Of a DNA stretch of 20,000 nucleotides, positions 11,886 through 20,000 are shown one piece after another. The notes beneath the pieces are model-generated. The model ran no database searches and had not been told where the DNA came from. It saw only the letters and a program-made list of their open reading frames with translations. The stretch comes from Cystobasidiomycetes sp. EMM_F5 (taxonomy: Eukaryota), in contig JBPGPT010000019.1 of NCBI GenBank assembly GCA_051047955.1, positions 299,591 through 319,590 of the forward strand, written 5' to 3'. The translations under genes were made by a program, and so were the position numbers. Every line of letters starts with the position of its first letter. Position 1 is the stretch's first letter.

Positions 11886-14664
11886 CTAAGCGCAGCAAGA
11901 ACCGTTGGTACTGACTTGAGCATGAGCGTATGGTACTGAGAATTTATCCGACGAAGCAGGTACGTCCAATGCTGGATTCATGTCGAAGAAGGACGTAGGC
12001 TTCAAGAGCAAAGAGCAGTGCTCAACAGGCATAACGGGGAAATCCTCTGGCCGGACGACTGAGCACAAAGGTAATCAGCTGATGCTCGGAGGCAAGCCGA
12101 CAGTTTGAACGCACCGTGAGTGACTCCCCATGTGAGCCAAACGGCAACATCGGTATTTCGAATGTTACGATTGCCGTCGACGAACGAAGTGATGGCATCC
12201 TTGGGGGTTTCTTGGGTTTGAGGAACGTATTTGCCTGCAGGGTATAGCTGCTGCGGATCGTAGGGTGCGCACCAGAGAGAATGCTGCGCAAAAGGTGCCC
12301 TCTTCGCTACGATGGAGTCAGGCTTGGCCAGCAGAGGAGGCATCTGAGCCGCCATTATCTTGTAGCCAGCAGGTTGGCGGGATGCGTAATGAAGCTTTCC
12401 TTCGTTGACTATGGACCAGGTTCTGGTCAATTGCGGCGCAGCATCGCGAACGCCATCCGCAGTGGTCGAGAGAATTGTTTTACGAGTCTCGAAGCTGTTG
12501 CCTGCCCAATTGTCCTCGGAACCCGTAGGGGCATCCGATGGTACCACGTCAGTCTCCACCACCGAATTGTTGATTCCATCCAACATAGGGTCAATACGCA
12601 TGCTAAATAGGTGCTGATGGTGATGTCCCATTACCCTAATCATGAAGAGTCAGAATAACGAGGATGAAAGCTAGCCGTGCGTGGGCTATACCTGGGTGCG
12701 ACCTCGGTGCCGTGTAAGCCCGCTCTTTCGCCTTCTGCCATCGTGTACAGGTTCAGAATGCCTGAGGAATGTGCGATTCAGGTTTACCCCTGCTCATCGA
12801 CATGACCAGACTTTGCGCATACCTGTGAGCTTGATCTCCACACCAAGATTGCCATCCTGATGCAAGCGGAAATTGATTATGTATTCCTAACAAAACAAGT
12901 CAGCTCTCTCACAGCGAGGGACAATGGAAAAGAGGACTGACGTAATTGGCGATAGTGCAAACCATTTGAATTATCAATACTCTGCTGCGAACGGAATGTC
13001 CACGACCGCCAGGACGGAAATCGGTATGCTTGTACAGAATCTGGACAGTAGATTGAGCTAAGTCCTTCTGCCACTTGGCAATCCCTCGAAGTGACGTACA
13101 CCTGCATCTTCTTCATGTATGCAAATGGCGTTCTTTGTAATGACCGCCTGGCCGGCATGATTAGCGTATGCGAGAGAGCAGTACGCGACCGTTCCGAGAC
13201 AATCACAGCCCAGACCCAAAGAGTTGCTCAAGACACCCATGCCATACCTGCGGGAAGACTTTAGATTCAAGAAGGCACTTCACCCTCTAAAGCGAGGCTT
13301 ACTCTCCAACATCAAGAGCATGCTTGCGAGGGTGTGGCCATTCCGGTGCTGCATACGGAACGACCTGGATATTTTCGATAGTTAGAGTCACATTGTGCGC
13401 GTCAGTAATGTATCTCGCGTGTCTTGTATCAAGGGTCTTACCATTTCAGCCAGCGAGAGCCTGTAAAACAAAGGTCTGACGACGCCGTGATCATTATACG
13501 TGATGGTCGATAGGACCAAGCCCTCCCTGTAGTGCGGTGTGATGTGCAGATCCCAATTCTGCCACTTCAGTCTCGATCCCTCCAGGGTAAACGACACACC
13601 CTCCGGCTGGGTAATGTGAAGAGGCTTGACATCTTCACGCATCTTGAAGTCAGGATTATGCTGCTTCAATAAATCTGGCAGGTAGTCGAAACGCTGCATT
13701 GAAGGAGGAATGCGGTCTCTGCCGCTGTTCGTGAAGGAATCCGCCGTGAGGGCCGTGAGGGGCTTCATATTGCCCGAAATTTTGCCGTCCGGACCAAGAC
13801 GGTGCGGTGGAAAGTCGATGTGAATCACTTCTCGACGGTTGGAATCCACTACCGGGCTAAAATCGAGTGGATGCGCGTAGAACGCCTCATGCTCTTCCAA
13901 ACGCGCGTACAGGAGAGCTTGCTGCAGTCGGCGGCCTGGGAAGCGAGCGTCATAGCCTATGCTCCAACCATCACAAGCTATCTGATGTGGCTCTACGCCA
14001 ACGTCTCTGCACAGCTGCTGGACTCGAGGATCGTTGCGCACAGTCTCCTCGCACTCGCAAAGTTCCTGCAATTTGTGGATGTAGGAGAGAGGACATGATC
14101 AGTGCCAAGCATAGGAGCTCCGATAGTCCGACTCACTTCTACTGTTATTCCCGGCTCCACGCCAGCCGGGAGCAGCTCCACATCGTCAATCGACGTGCCT
14201 CCACTCGACAGTGTCGCCTGAATGCAGTAGGCCCTTCCAGTGACTGCATCAATGACGACAGTTTCCGCTCTGCGGGAAATGAGGATGCTGTGGTCGGGCT
14301 GAACCTTTCCGATCTCGTCTACTGATGTGGGAATGCCGAGGAAGCGGAGGACGTCGAGCTTCGGCGGCTCGATAAGGGTAATGTACATTACTTTGACGGC
14401 CTTTACATCGGTTTTCTGCGAGTCGGAAGAAATAATTAGACTGCTATGCTCGAAGTCCGTATGCCTGGCAAAACTTGCCTCGCTGAAGTGAAGCCGGACA
14501 GCACGTCCTACGGCATTGATTTCGTCCGGAGAGAGCGCATCCAGAGGATGTGGTGGTGCAGCTTTACTGGAACTGGATTTGGGCTGGACATGCTGCGCTT
14601 CCCCGTTTGCGGGCTTATCGCTACTCATTAGTTTGCGGAACGATGCAGCGAGATCGGGAGCCAT
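11886..14664 (-). CDS. Copper/TPQ-dependent primary amine oxidase, multi-exon
   Basis: N-terminal HPLDALSPDEI; KPLHITQPEGVSF; RLSLAEMV; NSLGLGCDCLG; NAICIHEEDAG. The TPQ consensus TIANY|EY is split by an intron near 12890-12941. Copper ligands appear in HHHQHLFSMRIDP and WGVTH|VVRPEDFPVMP. Start ATG 14664; stop TAG 11886-11888. Confidence 0.96.
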
Positions 14665-14775
14665 GTTGTTGAATCTTGCAGTGGTTGTGTGTGCTTCTAT
14701 TGCAGCGTATCCAAAGCAGCAAGCCGCAAAGCTTACTGCAGCTGTCGCTTTTATCGACTCGGAAATCCTCGTAGC

Positions 14776-14900
14776 TTTCGGGTCCGTCAATAAATCCGTG
14801 GACGGCCGCGCTAGCCGACAGCGGCCGGCCCTTATCATAGGCGACTGGATCGAGCATTACGCGAATCGGTAGCTTAACCGACAGTCGAAGGTGGGGATAA
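14776..14900 (-). promoter_or_regulatory. Amine oxidase upstream region with shared CGG motif and GATA site
   Basis: TTTCGGGTCCGTC (14776-14788) is the reverse complement of 8047-8059. Also GTGGACGGCCG 14798-14808, CTAGCCGACA 14811-14820 and CTTATC 14831-14836. Confidence 0.6.
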
Positions 14901-15290
14901 TGGTCCGGAGTGAGCACAGTAGTATTCTGCGCTGACTTTTAGCGTCCGAAAAGATGTATAGATGGCCGTCCAAGGTGGAGAAGCTTCAAAGATTTGGTGC
15001 AACGGCAGCTCAAGTACTTTAGACAATCCATCTCCAGACCGACAGCGAGCGAGCCACCTTGAATACTGCCTAACAGCGATAGCCGTCTTCCTGATACTTA
15101 CTAGCATCATCCGAATTCGAGTTAGACGAAAAAGGTGTTCATCGGTACCATCAAGGCAAATCCTATCACGGCCGCACATGTGGAATGCGGACTCCAGAAG
15201 ATTATCGCTAACTTATCCGTCAATTAGCCTGTGCACAGACTTTGATGTAATCGACCAAGCCGCTGCCGGGAATTGCAGACCATCTCGATG
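14795..15290 (+). repeat. Diverged direct duplicate of 16403-16929 (promoter plus exon 1 of the DUF3445 gene)
   Basis: Colinear blocks, e.g. 14829-14862 vs 16436-16469 (32/34 identical). AAGGTGGAGAAGCTTCAAAGA, GAATACTGCCTAAC, TATCCGTCAATTAGCC and TCGACCAAGCCGCT occur in both copies. Confidence 0.93.
15061..15290 (+). pseudogene. Decayed copy of exon 1 of the DUF3445/HODM-like gene
   Basis: EYCLTAIAVFLILTSI vs EYCLTAIAAILIILAF, and YPSISLCTDFDV vs YPSISPCAHFDV. The homologous ATG is lost, indels shift the frame, and no downstream exons follow. Confidence 0.82.
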
Positions 15291-15644
15291 AAGTCTACTG
15301 CTTTGGAATGACGGGCCTCTCGCATGATAATTGGGTGAGAGGAAGCAAGCCAGAACATACAGAAAAACATCACGATTGTGCCACTGGGAATGCAGTCTAG
15401 CTTCTGCACTCCATTGTAAAAACACACTCGTCTCGAGTCCCAAGCAAACGGCTGCCATGAATTTGCTTAGCCTTGCGAGTAAGACACGTACTCGCATGCA
15501 ATGCATGCTTAATTGCAAAAGATGTATTAGGTCCCTCAGTCGGGCAAACACAGAGATTGGATAGATTTGCCATCACAATCACGAGTGAACCGACATCCGC
15601 TGGTAAATTACAGTGCTTTTCATGCCCGCTGTCTGAGAGACTGA

Positions 15645-16228
15645 TCAAAAGTCTCTCAATTTTCGCTGCCCAACGTAGAATGCTCGACCAAAGTCAGGCG
15701 AAGAGAAAGTGACGGTCGTTCCCTTTGCAATATTGATAATGTCGCCGGCCTTGGCTTCAATCTGTCACAATGTTTCAGCTGTCAATTTGACGCGCCAGCC
15801 GCCCTCCACATTACATACCTTAATGCCTTTGGACTTGTCCTCTAGAGTTATATTGCCCTCAAGTATGATCTGGGGAAGGAATCAGCCTATGATGAGGAAG
15901 GGATAGCTGATTAACCACCTTGAGCTCGTGGTACTGTGGAGCAAAGCAGGATCAGCTTGCACGGTCTGCAAGACGTTGAGATTGTATATGCACCTTGTAC
16001 GTATAAACGAATGGTTCATCCGCCTTTTTTTGAGTAAAAATACCGCCCGATATGGGCTTCTCGGCGTCGAGGTCGTCGGTCGACCACACATCGTCTGGTG
16101 AACACGGACAGTAGGCATCAACACCACCGACATCTCGACGCCCAATACAGCTTACCGATTTCTGCTCCGTTACCCAAAGACAGGAGAGGTGTATCCGTCG
16201 CTGCAGACTTCTTCACTTGGATGGACAT
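15645..16228 (-). CDS. EutQ-like cupin protein, 118 aa, five exons
   Basis: Exons 16228-16156, 16094-15994, 15933-15919, 15869-15819 and 15761-15645 (GT-AG introns of 61, 60, 49, 57 nt) splice in frame to [118 protein letters not shown]. The pattern YTYxYxExKIILEG...AKAGD..I.KG..VTF is the EutQ/cupin signature. Confidence 0.88.
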
Positions 16229-16391
16229 GCTGAGCAGAGGCTTGGATGAGCCACACTCAATTTGTGTTGAAAGGTCAGAGTTTGGGGGAGCCACGAGAGT
16301 TGCCAACGCTGAAGCTCTCTCCTCTAGCGTGTGATAGATGACCTGGAAGTAGCAGCGCAGTCGTCGCTTTTGTCCAGATTCTCGCAGCGTT

Positions 16392-16560
16392 CGGTGTACC
16401 AGTCCGTTGACGGCCGTGGGACCCGAGGAAGGCCGCCCTTATCATAGGCGACAGGATCGAGCATCACGCAGTTCGGCAGCTTATCAGACAGTCAACAGTT
16501 GGCGAGAATGGTTCGGAGTATTCTGCGCTCAGTTGTTGCGTCCGAAAAGATAAGTGTTGA
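16392..16560. promoter_or_regulatory. Bidirectional promoter (cupin / DUF3445 gene) with GATA sites and CGG motifs
   Basis: GTTGACGGCCG 16406-16416; GGGACCCG 16418-16425; CTTATC at 16438 and 16480; GATAAG at 16549. Confidence 0.62.
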
Positions 16561-16677
16561 TTAAGCGAGGCCGGTCGAAGGTGGAGAAGCTTCAAAGAAC
16601 AGGCGAAGGGCGACTCTCGGTGCAAAAGCAGCTCAGGTACCCTAGCATCCATCTCAAGACTAACAACGAGCGCAAAG

Positions 16678-18263
16678 ATGATTCCCGAATACTGCCTAAC
16701 GGCTATAGCCGCCATCCTAATCATACTAGCATTCTCCAAGTTGAGCCTAACGAAAGCCAACAAGAAGGTAGCCGACAGCGAAGTCAAATCAAGTCCCAAT
16801 GAAGGTCCCAATGAAGGTCGTACATGGGGAATGTGGACGCCAGAAGAGTATCGCTATCCGTCAATTAGCCCGTGCGCACATTTTGATGTGCAGTCGACCA
16901 AGCCGCTACCGTACAGACCGTTTCGATGGGGCCCCAAGTTTGTCAAGCCAAATCACATGTGCGCCGCAGGCTTCAGCTGCTAATGCCTTTCACCAGCTAC
17001 CCCATCAATCTAGGAATCTCGAAGATGGAAAGCGACACATGGCTGCAAATAGACAACCATTACAGCAAAATCATGGCTGTACGTGCCGAAAGAACAAAGG
17101 CAAGAGGCAAGAAGGCCGAGAGATGTCAGCCCGGGTACCTTGCGTATGCTGAAGAATGCCTTCAAGAGATGTCATCATTTCTCGCGGCTCGATACCCAGG
17201 CTGCTTCACCGTCAAGCGTGCAGTCTACTCGCCTGACGATGTCCAAACATGGGGAGATTCCATAGTCGGGAGGGAAGGAGGAGCGATCGTTGCCATTACT
17301 AACCATATCACGGGGGATCATTTCGATTTTGCGCAACTAAGAATGGAAGAGGGAGATCAATGGAATCCCATGAAGTATGCCGGGTGTAGGTGTAGGCTCC
17401 TCTCGTATTATAGTCTGCACTGATACCCGGTGTGCAAACCAAACATTTGCCAGTGCTCCAACAAGACGATCTCGCCTGCATGGTCGAAGATGAGCAAAGC
17501 CACTACCGTTTCCAGGCAGGATCCATCACAACTGCTGGCTTCTGGCGACTAGAGGACAAGATCGGCAAGACGCTAGCGGAAATCCACGAGTCCGGGCGAG
17601 TTCCGCAGTTCAAGCAGAAGCTACAGTTCTCCATGGAACGGATGTTTACCAAAATGAAGGTATCAGCTCCGGTAACCCGTAATAATTATTTCATGTAAGC
17701 GCATACATCGGCAGAACATGTATGCAACGCTGACAAGCCTTTGGCAAGGCAAATTGACAATTCACTCGGGTGGAGCGAGACGACAAACGGTAATGAAGAC
17801 GTCTTTGACCAAGCTACGAAGGGGCCCCGATTAGCAGCGGCGGAAGCCTATTCGACCGCCTTTCAACCGCCTCAGCCAACTGCAGATATTGCCTCGATCC
17901 ACTTTAGAACGGAAAGGCAGACGCTGAGGCGAATGCCCCGGACGGGATGTATACTGTGAGCTCGGCGATCACCTTTTACCGCCCACGGATAATAGCTGAG
18001 ATGGCAATAACAGATTTACGATCAGGACGTACTTTCTACCTCTTAGTGCAGTCGCACAGGAACCTGGGGCGCCCGGCCGTCTGGCCAGTGCGGTACGGTC
18101 CTGGCCTGAGGATGTGGCACTCTACAAAGGACTGCCCCTTTACAAGAAAGCATTACTTCCATATCTGGATGAAATGCATCGTCAGCAGGTGAAGGGCGGG
18201 GTTGTTCAGGTGGACGCTGCAGGAAATGTGATTGGAAGAGATGTCAGGACGTACCCGTTTTAA
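16678..18263 (+). CDS. DUF3445 / heme-dependent oxidative N-demethylase alpha-subunit-like protein with N-terminal membrane anchor, multi-exon
   Basis: Motifs PLPYRPFRWGP, NLGISKM..DTWLQIDNHY, FLAARYPGCF, LQQDDLACM, AGFWRLEDKIGKTLAEIHESGRVP, VTRNNYF and [29 protein letters not shown] are characteristic of fungal DUF3445 proteins. Start ATG 16678; ends ...RTYPF at TAA 18261-18263. Confidence 0.88.
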
Positions 18264-19584
18264 TTATTCGTAAACAGCTCGATAAGATAGCTTATTCAAT
18301 GTGGACATAGTAGTAAGTCAATTAGTCCGCAGATCCAGCCAGAGCTGCATGTCAAGCTGTGTAAATTGAGGGAATGTCAATTGACATCAGTGCCTGCAGC
18401 TGTCTGTAGCGCGCTCCAAGGAAGGTGAAACAAAAGTTGCGGCTTGCGTCCCTCAACAAAGTATGTATGCACAGCACACCCCGAAGCCTTCTGGTCATTC
18501 CCATCGCGATTCCCCCAGCAAGTTCAAAGGTCCTCGTCAAGCTTGACGGGTCACTCTGGATTGCCTGGCACGTATTTGATCCTTCTCGCCAAATCTGATT
18601 GAGCGGGGCTTGTCGCTTGTCGGTACTGCCAAGCTGTGTATATGGAACGCCGTCTGTAGCGCACTGGGAGGCCTGACTGCCCAGCTTCGTCTTTTACCCT
18701 GGCAACTCCATCAGCGGCATGGGATGATCCGCAGACAGGATGGACCTCTCAACTCCGCGTCAGGGAAAGTGACACTGGCCATGTAGCACTCAATGCGTGC
18801 CGGTTAGGTGTACGTCAACGGGAGTTTAATGGGGATATTGAGATAATTCTACTGCTCACCGCAGCAGCAATAGCGCCCCAGCAAAGAGCCGCTACTGCCA
18901 TTGACGACCGTTGCAGTCCCTTCACCAATGCACCATACTGCCACTGTTACGCCCACTGTCCGAATCCACAAGCTCTACGACCTTTGGGATGCTGGTCGTC
19001 TATCCAATCACAATAATCTGACAGCTCGAATGCGGGCATGCGGTCTGCCTTACATACTGCCCTTGCGTTCCATCTCAAGCGCCCTTCCAGCTGCGGATCG
19101 TGCCATCGTTGAACAGCCAGACTCGTGTCACCAAGGCCCACGTCCTGGACTGTTCTGATCCAGATATATCAGTTTGGAATTGAGCAGGCGCAGTCAACGG
19201 CGTTCATGGTGCATGATTCAACTCAGTGCCGAAGACGCAAATGACGTGAAGACTGACCATCTGTTGGTGTCTCGGATGTCGCAGTCACGAACATCACGCT
19301 TCTTTACAACGGTGGATGAAGCCAGCTCTGAGCGTGCATCGTTTGCCTGCATGCAGTCATCTTTAAGGACTCCTTCCATGCTTACGTGATTGCCAACGCT
19401 GACGTCGCAGCAGAATTGATTTGGTCTCAAGCCGAGCAAGCCGCACATTAAGAGTTTGGTCTGAGACGCCTAGCTCCGAGATGACAAATATTCTAGTCAA
19501 AGGCAGCACGACCCTGTTCGCGAGGTGTGATTAGAAAACCACGGGCAACCCAGAAGATCGTCGCCTGTCCCAAAAACAAGCAGT

Positions 19585-19998
<414 letters not shown>

Positions 19999-20000
19999 GA

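Noticed and set aside
14665..14838. N-terminal extension of the amine oxidase suggested by the 281-aa ORF
   Set aside because: It covers promoter motifs and the duplicated promoter block; ATG 14664 (AACATGG context) fits typical amine oxidase N-termini better.
14962..15291. 109-aa ORF as a functional small membrane protein
   Set aside because: A mosaic of duplicated 5' non-coding sequence and frameshifted exon 1 of the DUF3445 gene; better explained as a pseudogene fragment.
16793..16819. 12-bp tandem duplication (PNEG PNEG) in DUF3445 exon 1
   Set aside because: In-frame slippage in a linker after the membrane anchor; no evident significance.
18901..19158. 85-aa plus ORF with faint HNH-like wording (IHKLYDLWDAG)
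   Set aside because: Too little motif support to call a gene or domain.

Overview
Intron-rich fungal genomic DNA with ~50-70 nt GT-AG introns and several micro-exons; a basidiomycete is inferred from gene structure. Left to right: 5' part of mitochondrial ATP synthase alpha (ATP1, -), an MCT/MCH-type MFS transporter (-), an AGP2-like amino acid/amine permease (-) divergent from a FAD-dependent monooxygenase (+), a copper amine oxidase (-), a decayed duplicate of a promoter plus first exon, a five-exon EutQ-like cupin gene (-; the ORF track shows only exon 1) divergent from a DUF3445/heme-dependent oxidative N-demethylase (HODM alpha)-like gene (+), and the 3' end of a glutathione-dependent formaldehyde dehydrogenase (-; its reading frame is absent from the ORF track). 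The promoters share exact CGG-containing motifs and most carry GATA sites. Together these suggest a co-regulated cluster for using N-methylated amines as a nitrogen source (demethylation, deamination, formaldehyde detoxification). Family calls come from manual splicing and motif recognition, not database searches; the pathway is inference.
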